A stretch of 64,000 bases of DNA from Eledone cirrhosa (taxonomy: Eukaryota): the NCBI GenBank assembly GCA_964016885.1, contig OZ024758.1, forward strand, positions 37,944,001-38,008,000, read 5' to 3'. This document shows positions 1 through 11,700 of the stretch, piece after piece. Position 1 is the stretch's first letter. Every line of letters begins with the position of its first letter. The notes beneath the pieces are model-generated. The model did no database searches. It saw only the letters and a program-made list of their open reading frames with translations, and was not told where the DNA came from. A program made the translations under genes and the position numbers.

Positions 1-1793
1 TACTAGCTGTCAGAAGTAACTCCAATGTTGGTGAGAATTCATTTAAGTTCATGGTATTAGCTGTCAGAAGGAACTCCACTGTTGCTGAGAATTCATTTAA
101 GTTCATGGTATTAGCTGTCAGAAGTAACTCCACTGTTGGTGAGAATTCATTTAAGTTCATGGTACTAGCTGTCAGAAGTAACTCCACTGTTGGTGAGAAT
201 TCATTTAAGTTCATGGTATTAGCTGTCAGAAGTCACTCCAATGTTGGTGAGAATTCATTTAAGTTCATGGTATTAGCTGTCAGAAGTCACTCCACTGTTG
301 GTGAGAATTCATTTAAGTTCATGGTACTAGCTGTCAGAAGTAACCCCAATGTTGGTGAGAATTCATTTAAGTTCATGGTATTAGCTGTCAGAAGTCACTC
401 CAATGTTGGTGAGAATTCATTTAAGTTCATGGTATTAGCTGTCAGAAGTAACTCCACTGTTGGTGAGAATTCATTTAAGTTCATGGTACTAGCTGACAGA
501 AGTAACTCCAATGTTGGTGAGAATTCATTTAAGTTCATGGTATTAGCTGTCAGAAGGAACTCCACTGTTGGTGAGAATTCATTTAAGTTCATGGTATTAG
601 CTGTCAGAAGTAACTCCACTGTTGGTGAGAATTCATTTAAGTCATGGTATTAGCTGTCAGAAGTAACTCCATTGTTGGTGAGAATTCATTTAAGTCATGG
701 TACTAGCTGTCAGAAGTAACTCCAATGTTGGTGAGAATTCATTTAAGTCATGGTACTAGCTGTCAGAAGTAACTCCAATGTTGGTGAGAATTCATTTAAG
801 TTCATGTTATTAGCTGTCAGAAGGAACTCCACTGTTGGTGAGAATACATTTAAGTTCATGGTACTAGCTGTCAGAAGTAACCCCAATGTTGGTGAGAATT
901 CATTTAAGTTCATGGTATTAGCTGTCAGAAGTCACTCCAATGTTGGTGAGAATTCATTTAAGTTCATGGTATTAGCTGTCAGAAGTAACTCCACTGTTGG
1001 TAAGAATTCATTTAAGTTCATGGTATTAGCTGTCAGAAGTAACTCCACTGTTGGTGAGAATTCATTTAAGTTCATGGTATTAGCTGTCAGAAGGAACGCC
1101 ACTGTTGGTGAGAATTCATTTAAGTTCATGGTATTAGCTGTCAGAAGTAACTCCACTGTTGGTGAGAATTCATTTACGTTCATGGTACTAGCTGTCAGAA
1201 GTAATTCCAATGTTGGTGAGAATTCATTTAAGTTCATGGTATTAGCTGTCAGAAGGAACTCCACTGTTGGTGAGAATTCATTTAAGTTCATGGTATTAGC
1301 TGTCAGAAGGAACTCCAATGTTGGTGAGAATTCATTTAGGTCATGGTACTAGCTGTCAGAAGTAACTCCACTGTTGGTGAGAATTCATTTAAGTTCATGG
1401 TATTAGCTGTCAGAAGGAACGCCACTGTTGGTGAGAATTCATTTAAGTTCATGGTATTAGCTGTCAGAAGTAACTCCACTGTTGGTGAGAATTCATTTAA
1501 GTTCATGGTACTAGCTGTCAGAAGTAACTCCAATGTTGGTGAGAATTCATTTAAGTTCATGGTATTAGCTGTCAGAAGGAACTCCACTGTTGGTGAGAAT
1601 TCATTTAAGTTCATGGTATTAGCTGTCAGAAGTAACTCCACTGTTGGTGAGAATTCATTTAAGTCATGGTATTAGCTGTCAGAAGTAACTCCATTGTTGG
1701 TGAGAATTCATTTAAGTCATGGTACTAGCTGTCAGAAGTAACTCCAATGTTGGTGAGAATTCATTTAAGTCATGGTACTAGCTGTCAGAAGTA

Positions 1794-4700
1794 ACTCCAA
1801 TGTTGGTGAGAATTCATTTAAGTTCATGTTATTAGCTGTCAGAAGGAACTCCACTGTTGGTGAGAATACATTTAAGTTCATGGTACTAGCTGTCAGAAGT
1901 AACCCCAATGTTGGTGAGAATTCATTTAAGTTCATGGTATTAGCTGTCAGAAGTCACTCCAATGTTGGTGAGAATTCATTTAAGTTCATGGTATTAGCTG
2001 TCAGAAGTAACTCCACTGTTGGTAAGAATTCATTTAAGTTCATGGTATTAGCTCTCAGAAGTAACTCCACTGTTGGTGAGAATTCATTTAAGTTCATGGT
2101 ATTAGCTGTCAGAAGGAACGCCACTGTTGGTGAGAATTCATTTAAGTTCATGGTATTAGCTGTCAGAAGTAACTCCACTGTTGGTGAGAATTCATTTAAG
2201 TTCATGGTACTAGCTGTCAGAAGTAACTCCAATGTTGGTGAGAATTCATTTAAGTTCATGGTATTAGCTGTCAGAAGTCACTCCAATGTTGGTGAGAATT
2301 CATTTAAGTTCATGGTATTAGCTGTCAGAAGTCACTCCACTGTTGGTGAGAATTCATTTAAGTTCATGGTACTAGCTGTCAGAAGTAACCCCAATATTGG
2401 TGAGAATTCATTTAAGTTCATGGTATTAGCTGTCAGAAGTCACTCCAATGTTGGTGAGAATTCATTTAAGTCATGGTATTAGCTGTCAGAAGTAACTCCA
2501 ATGTTGGTGAGAATTCATTTAAGTCATGGTATTAGCTGTCAGAAGTAACTCCAATGTTGGTGAGAATTCATTTAAGTTCATGGTATTAGCTGTCAGAAGT
2601 CCCTCCACTGTTGGTGAGAATTCATTTAAGTTCATGGTACTAGCTGTCAGAAGTAACCCAAATGTTGGTGAGAATTCATTTAAGTTCATGGTATTAGCTG
2701 TCAGAAGTCACTCCAATGTTGGTGAGAATTCATTTAAGTTCATGGTATTAGCTGTCAGAAGTAACTCCACTGTTGGTGAGAATTCATTTAAGTTCATGGT
2801 ATTAGCTGTCAGAAGTAACTCCACTGTTGGTGAGAATTCATTTAAGTTCATGGTATTAGCTGTCAGAAGTAACTCCACTGTTGGTGAGAATTCATTTAAG
2901 TTCATGGTATTAGCTGTCAGAAGGAACTCCAATGTTGGTGAGAATTCATTTAAGTCATGGTACTAGCTGTCAGAAGTAACTCCACTGTTGGTGAGAATTC
3001 ATTTAAGTTCATGGTATTAGCTGTCAGAAGGAACGCCACTGTTGGTGAGAATTCATTTAAGTTCATGGTATTAGCTGTCAGAAGTAACTCCTCTGTTGGT
3101 GAGAATTCATTTAAGTTCATGGTACTAGCTGTCAGAAGTAACTCCAATGTTGGTGAGAATTCATTTAAGTTCATGGTATTAGCTGTCAGAAGGAACTCCA
3201 CTGTTGCTGAGAATTCATTTAAGTTCATGGTATTAGCTGTCAGAAGTAACTCCACTGTTGGTGAGAATTCATTTAAGTTCATGGTACTAGCTGTCAGAAT
3301 TAACTCCACTGTTGGTGAGAATTCATTTAAGTTCATGGTATTAGCTGTCAGAAGTCACTCCAATGTTGGTGAGAATTCATTTAAGTTCATGTTATTAGCT
3401 GTCAGAAGGAACTCCACTGTTGGTGAGAATACATTTAAGTTCATGGTACTAGCTGTCAGAAGTAACCCCAATGTTGGTGAGAATTCATTTAAGTTCATGG
3501 TATTAGCTGTCAGAAGTCACTCCAATGTTGGTGAGAATTCATTTAAGTTCATGGTATTAGCTGTCAGAAGTAACTCCACTGTTGGTAAGAATTCATTTAA
3601 GTTCATGGTATTAGCTCTCAGAAGTAACTCCACTGTTGGTGAGAATTCATTTAAGTTCATGGTATTAGCTGTCAGAAGGAACGCCACTGTTGGTGAGAAT
3701 TCATTTAAGTTCATGGTATTAGCTGTCAGAAGTAACTCCACTGTTGGTGAGAATTCATTTAAGTTCATGGTACTAGCTGTCAGAAGTAACTCCAATGTTG
3801 GTGAGAATTCATTTAAGTTCATGGTATTAGCTGTCAGAAGTCACTCCAATGTTGGTGAGAATTCATTTAAGTTCATGGTATTAGCTGTCAGAAGTCACTC
3901 CACTGTTGGTGAGAATTCATTTAAGTTCATGGTACTAGCTGTCAGAAGTAACCCCAATATTGGTGAGAATTCATTTAAGTTCATGGTATTAGCTGTCAGA
4001 AGTCACTCCAATGTTGGTGAGAATTCATTTAAGTCATGGTATTAGCTGTCAGAAGTAACTCCAATGTTGGTGAGAATTCATTTAAGTCATGGTATTAGCT
4101 GTCAGAAGTAACTCCAATGTTGGTGAGAATTCATTTAAGTTCATGGTATTAGCTGTCAGAAGTCCCTCCACTGTTGGTGAGAATTCATTTAAGTTCATGG
4201 TACTAGCTGTCAGAAGTAACCCAAATGTTGGTGAGAATTCATTTAAGTTCATGGTATTAGCTGTCAGAAGTCACTCCAATGTTGGTGAGAATTCATTTAA
4301 GTTCATGGTATTAGCTGTCAGAAGTAACTCCACTGTTGGTGAGAATTCATTTAAGTTCATGGTATTAGCTGTCAGAAGTAACTCCACTGTTGGTGAGAAT
4401 TCATTTAAGTTCATGGTATTAGCTGTCAGAAGTAACTCCACTGTTGGTGAGAATTCATTTAAGTTCATGGTATTAGCTGTCAGAAGGAACTCCAATGTTG
4501 GTGAGAATTCATTTAAGTCATGGTACTAGCTGTCAGAAGTAACTCCACTGTTGGTGAGAATTCATTTAAGTTCATGGTATTAGCTGTCAGAAGGAACGCC
4601 ACTGTTGGTGAGAATTCATTTAAGTTCATGGTATTAGCTGTCAGAAGTAACTCCTCTGTTGGTGAGAATTCATTTAAGTTCATGGTACTAGCTGTCAGAA

Positions 4701-4954
4701 GTAACTCCAATGTTGGTGAGAATTCATTTAAGTTCATGGTATTAGCTGTCAGAAGGAACTCCACTGTTGCTGAGAATTCATTTAAGTTCATGGTATTAGC
4801 TGTCAGAAGTAACTCCACTGTTGGTGAGAATTCATTTAAGTTCATGGTACTAGCTGTCAGAATTAACTCCACTGTTGGTGAGAATTCATTTAAGTTCATG
4901 GTATTAGCTGTCAGAAGTCACTCCAATGTTGGTGAGAATTCATTTAAGTTCATG
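1794..4954. repeat. Tandem duplication, period 1,563 bp (29 monomers)
   Basis: ORF offsets 1954/3517, 2526/4089 and 2957/4520 are all 1,563. Rare variants AGTCCCTCC (~2600/~4163) and CAGAATTAAC (~3300/~4863) are in both copies. 29x54-3=1563. Confidence 0.9.
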
Positions 4955-5730
4955 GTATTAGCTGTCAGAAGTCACTCCACTGTTGGTGAGAATTCATTTA
5001 AGTTCATGGTACTAGCTGTCAGAAGTAACCCCAATGTTGGTGAGAATTCATTTAAGTTCATGGTATTAGCTGTCAGAAGTCACTCCAATGTTGGTGAGAA
5101 TTCATTTAAGTTCATGGTATTAGCTGTCAGAAGGAACTCCACTGTTGGTGAGAATTCATTTAAGTTCATGGTATTAGCTGTCAGAAGTAACTCCAATGTT
5201 GGTGAGAATTCATTTAAGTCATGGTATTAGCTGTCAGAAGTAACTCCATTGTTGGTGAGAATTCATTTAAGTCATGGTACTAGCTGTCAGAAGTAACTCC
5301 AATGTTGGTGAGAATTCATTTAAGTCATGGTACTAGCTGTCAGAAGTAACTCCAATGTTGGTGAGAATTCATTTAAGTTCATGGTACTAGCTGTCAGAAG
5401 TAACTCCAATGTTGGTGAGAATTCATTTAAGTTCATGGTATTAGCTGTCAGAAGGAACTCCACTGTTGGTGAGAATTCATTTAAGTTCATGGTATTAGCT
5501 GTCAGAAGTAACTCTACTGTTGGTGAGAATTCATTTAAGTCATGGTATTAGCTGTCAGAAGTAACTCCATTGTTGGTGAGAATTCATTTAAGTCATGGTA
5601 CTAGCTGTCAGAAGTAACTCCAATGTTGGTGAGAATTCATTTAAGTCATGGTACTAGCTGTCAGAAGTAACTCCAATGTTGGTGAGAATTCATTTAAGTT
5701 CATGTTATTAGCTGTCAGAAGTAACTCCAC

Positions 5731-8700
5731 TGTTGGTGAGAATTCATTTACGTTCATGGTACTAGCTGTCAGAAGTAATTCCAATGTTGGTGAGAATTCA
5801 TTTAAGTTCATGGTATTAGCTGTCAGAAGGAACTCCACTGTTGGTGAGAATTCATTTAAGTTCATGGTATTAGCTGTCAGAAGGAACTCCAATGTTGGTG
5901 AGAATTCATTTAAGTCATGGTACTAGCTGTCAGAAGTAACTCCACTGTTGGTGAGAATTCATTTAAGTTCATGGTATTAGCTGTCAGAAGGAACTCCACT
6001 GTTGGTGAGAATTCATTTAAGTTCATGGTACTAGCTGTCAGAAGTAACTCCAATGTTGGTGAGAATTCATTTAAGTTCATGGTATTAGCTGTCAGAAGGA
6101 ACTCCACTGTTGGTGAGAATTCATTTAACTTCATGGTATTAGCTGTCAGAAGTAACTCTACTGTTGGTGAGAATTCATTTAAGTCATGGTATTAGCTGTC
6201 AGAAGTAACTCCATTGTTGGTGAGAATTCATTTAAGTCATGGTACTAGCTGTCAGAAGTAACTCCAATGTTGGTGAGAATTCATTTAAGTCATGGTACTA
6301 GCTGTCAGAAGTAACTCCAATGTTGGTGAGAATTCATTTAAGTTCATGTTATTAGCTGTCAGAAGGAACTCCACTGTTGGTGAGAATACATTTAAGTTCA
6401 TGGTACTAGCTGTCAGAAGTAACCCCAATGTTGGTGAGAATTCATTTAAGTTCATGGTATTAGCTGTCAGAAGTCACTCCAATGTTGGTGAGAATTCATT
6501 TAAGTTCATGGTATTAGCTGTCAGAAGTAACTCCACTGTTGGTAAGAATTCATTTAAGTTCATGGTATTAGCTCTCAGAAGTAACTCCACTGTTGGTGAG
6601 AATTCATTTAAGTTCATGGTATTAGCTGTCAGAAGGAACGCCACTGTTGGTGAGAATTCATTTAAGTTCATGGTATTAGCTGTCAGAAGTAACTCCACTG
6701 TTGGTGAGAATTCATTTAAGTTCATGGTACTAGCTGTCAGAAGTAACTCCAATGTTGGTGAGAATTCATTTAAGTTCATGGTATTAGCTGTCAGAAGGAA
6801 CGCCACTGTTGGTGAGAATTCATTTAAGTTCATGGTATTAGCTGTCAGAAGTAACTCCACTGTTGGTGAGAATTCATTTAAGTTCATGGTACTAGCTGTC
6901 AGAAGTAACTCCAATGTTGGTGAGAATTCATTTAAGTTCATGGTATTAGCTGTCAGAAGTCACTCCAATGTTGGTGAGAATTCATTTAAGTTCATGGTAT
7001 TAGCTGTCAGAAGTAACTCCACTGTTGGTGAGAATTCATTTAAGTCATGGTATTAGCTGTCAGAAGTAACTCCATTGTTGGTGAGAATTCATTTAAGTCA
7101 TGGTACTAGCTGTCAGAAGTAACTCCAATGTTGGTGAGAATTCATTTAAGTCATGGTACTAGCTGTCAGAAGTAACTCCAATGTTGGTGAGAATTCATTT
7201 AAGTTCATGGTACTAGCTGTCAGAAGTAACTCCAATGTTGGTGAGAATTCATTTAAGTTCATGGTATTAGCTGTCAGAAGGAACTCCACTGTTGGTGAGA
7301 ATTCATTTAAGTTCATGGTATTAGCTGTCAGAAGTAACTCTACTGTTGGTGAGAATTCATTTAAGTCATGGTATTAGCTGTCAGAAGTAACTCCATTGTT
7401 GGTGAGAATTCATTTAAGTCATGGTACTAGCTGTCAGAAGTAACTCCAATGTTGGTGAGAATTCATTTAAGTCATGGTACTAGCTGTCAGAAGTAACTCC
7501 ACTGTTGGTGAGAATTCATTTACGTTCATGGTACTAGCTGTCAGAAGTAATTCCAATGTTGGTGAGAATTCATTTAAGTTCATGGTATTAGCTGTCAGAA
7601 GGAACTCCACTGTTGGTGAGAATTCATTTAAGTTCATGGTATTAGCTGTCAGAAGGAACTCCAATGTTGGTGAGAATTCATTTAAGTCATGGTACTAGCT
7701 GTCAGAAGTAACTCCACTGTTGGTGAGAATTCATTTAAGTTCATGGTATTAGCTGTCAGAAGGAACTCCACTGTTGGTGAGAATTCATTTAAGTTCATGG
7801 TACTAGCTGTCAGAAGTAACTCCAATGTTGGTGAGAATTCATTTAACTTCATGGTATTAGCTGTCAGAAGTAACTCTACTGTTGGTGAGAATTCATTTAA
7901 GTCATGGTATTAGCTGTCAGAAGTAACTCCATTGTTGGTGAGAATTCATTTAAGTCATGGTACTAGCTGTCAGAAGTAACTCCAATGTTGGTGAGAATTC
8001 ATTTAAGTCATGGTACTAGCTGTCAGAAGTAACTCCAATGTTGGTGAGAATTCATTTAAGTTCATGTTATTAGCTGTCAGAAGGAACTCCACTGTTGGTG
8101 AGAATACATTTAAGTTCATGGTACTAGCTGTCAGAAGTAACCCCAATGTTGGTGAGAATTCATTTAAGTTCATGGTATTAGCTGTCAGAAGTCACTCCAA
8201 TGTTGGTGAGAATTCATTTAAGTTCATGGTATTAGCTGTCAGAAGTAACTCCACTGTTGGTAAGAATTCATTTAAGTTCATGGTATTAGCTCTCAGAAGT
8301 AACTCCACTGTTGGTGAGAATTCATTTAAGTTCATGGTATTAGCTGTCAGAAGGAACGCCACTGTTGGTGAGAATTCATTTAAGTTCATGGTATTAGCTG
8401 TCAGAAGTAACTCCACTGTTGGTGAGAATTCATTTAAGTTCATGGTACTAGCTGTCAGAAGTAACTCCAATGTTGGTGAGAATTCATTTAAGTTCATGGT
8501 ATTAGCTGTCAGAAGTCACTCCAATGTTGGTGAGAATTCATTTAAGTTCATGGTATTAGCTGTCAGAAGTCACTCCACTGTTGGTGAGAATTCATTTAAG
8601 TTCATGGTACTAGCTGTCAGAAGTAACCCCAATATTGGTGAGAATTCATTTAAGTTCATGGTATTAGCTGTCAGAAGTCACTCCAATGTTGGCGAGAATT

Positions 8701-11700
8701 CATTTAAGTTCATGGTATTAGCTGTCAGAAGTAACTCCACTGTTGGTGAGAATTCATTTAAGTTCATGGTATTAGCTGTCAGAAGTAACTCCACTGTTGG
8801 TGAGAATTCATTTAAGTCATGGTATTAGCTGTCAGAAGTAACTCCAATGTTGGTGAGAATTCATTTAAGTTCATGGTATTAGCTGTCAGAAGTCACTCCA
8901 CTGTTGGTGAGAATTCATTTAAGTTCATGGTACTAGCTGTCAGAAGTAACCCAAATGTTGGTGAGAATTCATTTAAGTCATGGTACTAGCTGTCAGAAGT
9001 AACTCCACTGTTGGTGAGAATTCATTTAAGTTCATGGTATTAGCTGTCAGAAGGAACGCCACTGTTGGTGAGAATTTATTTAAGTTCATGGTATTAGCTG
9101 TCAGAAGTAACTCCTCTGTTGGTGAGAATTCATTTAAGTTTATGGTACGAGCTGTCAGAAGTAACTCCAATGTTGGTGAGAATTCATTTAAGTTCATGGT
9201 ATTAGCTGTCAGAAGGAACTCCACTGTTGCTGAGAATTCATTTAAGTTCATGGTATTAGCTGTCAGAAGTAACTCCACTGTTGGTGAGAATTCATTTAAG
9301 TTCATGGTACTAGCTGTCAGAAGTAACTCCACTGTTGGTGAGAATTCATTTAAGTTCATGGTATTAGCTGTCAGAAGTCACTCCAATGTTGGTGAGAATT
9401 CATTTAAGTTCATGGTATTAGCTGTCAGAAGTCACTCCACTGTTGGTGAGAATTCATTTAAGTTCATGGTACTAGCTGTCAGAAGTAACCCCAATGTTGG
9501 TGAGAATTCATTTAAGTTCATGGTATTAGCTGTCAGAAGTCACTCCATTGTTGGTGAGAATTCATTTAAGTCATGGTACTAGCTGTCAGAAGTAACTCCA
9601 ATGTTGGTGAGAATTCATTTAAGTCATGGTACTAGCTGTCAGAAGTAACTCCAATGTTGGTGAGAATTCATTTAAGTTCATGTTATTAGCTGTCAGAAGT
9701 AACTCCACTGTTGGTGAGAATTCATTTACGTTCATGGTACTAGCTGTCAGAAGTAATTCCAATGTTGGTGAGAATTCATTTAAGTTCATGGTATTAGCTG
9801 TCAGAAGGAACTCCACTGTTGGTGAGAATTCATTTAAGTTCATGGTATTAGCTGTCAGAAGGAACTCCAATGTTGGTGAGAATTCATTTAAGTCATGGTA
9901 CTAGCTGTCAGAAGTAACTCCACTGTTGGTGAGAATTCATTTAAGTTCATGGTATTAGCTGTCAGAAGGAACTCCACTGTTGGTGAGAATTCATTTAAGT
10001 TCATGGTACTAGCTGTCAGAAGTAACTCCAATGTTGGTGAGAATTCATTTAACTTCATGGTATTAGCTGTCAGAAGTAACTCTACTGTTGGTGAGAATTC
10101 ATTTAAGTCATGGTATTAGCTGTCAGAAGTAACTCCATTGTTGGTGAGAATTCATTTAAGTCATGGTACTAGCTGTCAGAAGTAACTCCAATGTTGGTGA
10201 GAATTCATTTAAGTCATGGTACTAGCTGTCAGAAGTAACTCCAATGTTGGTGAGAATTCATTTAAGTTCATGTTATTAGCTGTCAGAAGGAACTCCACTG
10301 TTGGTGAGAATACATTTAAGTTCATGGTACTAGCTGTCAGAAGTAATTCCAATGTTGGTGAGAATTCATTTACGTTCATGGTACTAGCTGTCAGAAGTAA
10401 TTCCAATGTTGGTGAGAATTCATTTAAGTTCATGGTATTAGCTGTCAGAAGGAACTCCACTGTTGGTGAGAATTCATTTAAGTTCATGGTATTAGCTGTC
10501 AGAAGGAACTCCAATGTTGGTGAGAATTCATTTAAGTCATGGTACTAGCTGTCAGAAGTAACTCCACTGTTGGTGAGAATTCATTTAAGTTCATGGTATT
10601 AGCTGTCAGAAGGAACTCCACTGTTGGTGAGAATTCATTTAAGTTCATGGTACTAGCTGTCAGAAGTAACTCCAATGTTGGTGAGAATTCATTTAAGTTC
10701 ATGGTATTAGCTGTCAGAAGGAACTCCACTGTTGGTGAGAATTCATTTAACTTCATGGTATTAGCTGTCAGAAGTAACTCTACTGTTGGTGAGAATTCAT
10801 TTAAGTCATGGTATTAGCTGTCAGAAGTAACTCCATTGTTGGTGAGAATTCATTTAAGTCATGGTACTAGCTGTCAGAAGTAACTCCAATGTTGGTGAGA
10901 ATTCATTTAAGTCATGGTACTAGCTGTCAGAAGTAACTCCAATGTTGGTGAGAATTCATTTAAGTTCATGTTATTAGCTGTCAGAAGGAACTCCACTGTT
11001 GGTGAGAATACATTTAAGTTCATGGTACTAGCTGTCAGAAGTAACCCCAATGTTGGTGAGAATTCATTTAAGTTCATGGTATTAGCTGTCAGAAGTCACT
11101 CCAATGTTGGTGAGAATTCATTTAAGTTCATGGTATTAGCTGTCAGAAGTAACTCCACTGTTGGTAAGAATTCATTTAAGTTCATGGTATTAGCTCTCAG
11201 AAGTAACTCCACTGTTGGTGAGAATTCATTTAAGTTCATGGTATTAGCTGTCAGAAGGAACGCCACTGTTGGTGAGAATTCATTTAAGTTCATGGTATTA
11301 GCTGTCAGAAGTAACTCCACTGTTGGTGAGAATTCATTTAAGTTCATGGTACTAGCTGTCAGAAGTAACTCCAATGTTGGTGAGAATTCATTTAAGTTCA
11401 TGGTATTAGCTGTCAGAAGGAACGCCACTGTTGGTGAGAATTCATTTAAGTTCATGGTATTAGCTGTCAGAAGTAACTCCACTGTTGGTGAGAATTCATT
11501 TAAGTTCATGGTACTAGCTGTCAGAAGTAACTCCAATGTTGGTGAGAATTCATTTAAGTTCATGGTATTAGCTGTCAGAAGTCACTCCAATGTTGGTGAG
11601 AATTCATTTAAGTTCATGGTATTAGCTGTCAGAAGTAACTCCACTGTTGGTGAGAATTCATTTAAGTCATGGTATTAGCTGTCAGAAGTAACTCCATTGT

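Noticed and set aside
22-26. CCAAT boxes in many monomers as promoter elements
   Set aside because: This is a 5-bp match produced by one common SNP, with no associated gene.
644-750. Programmed frameshifting or phase-variable cassette system at the overlapping ORF junctions (AAGTCATGG)
   Set aside because: The overlaps result from the 1-bp deletion. There is no slippery heptamer, recombinase or expression locus in the window.
2957-4045. The peptide STVGENSF loosely resembles the BspA/LRR_5 motif (TxIGxxAF), and NST/NAT look like N-glycosylation sequons
   Set aside because: The unit is 18 aa rather than ~22-23 aa, the rest of the LRR pattern is missing, and the frame is repeatedly broken. 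A chance resemblance is most likely. An HMMER search against Pfam LRR_5 would settle it.
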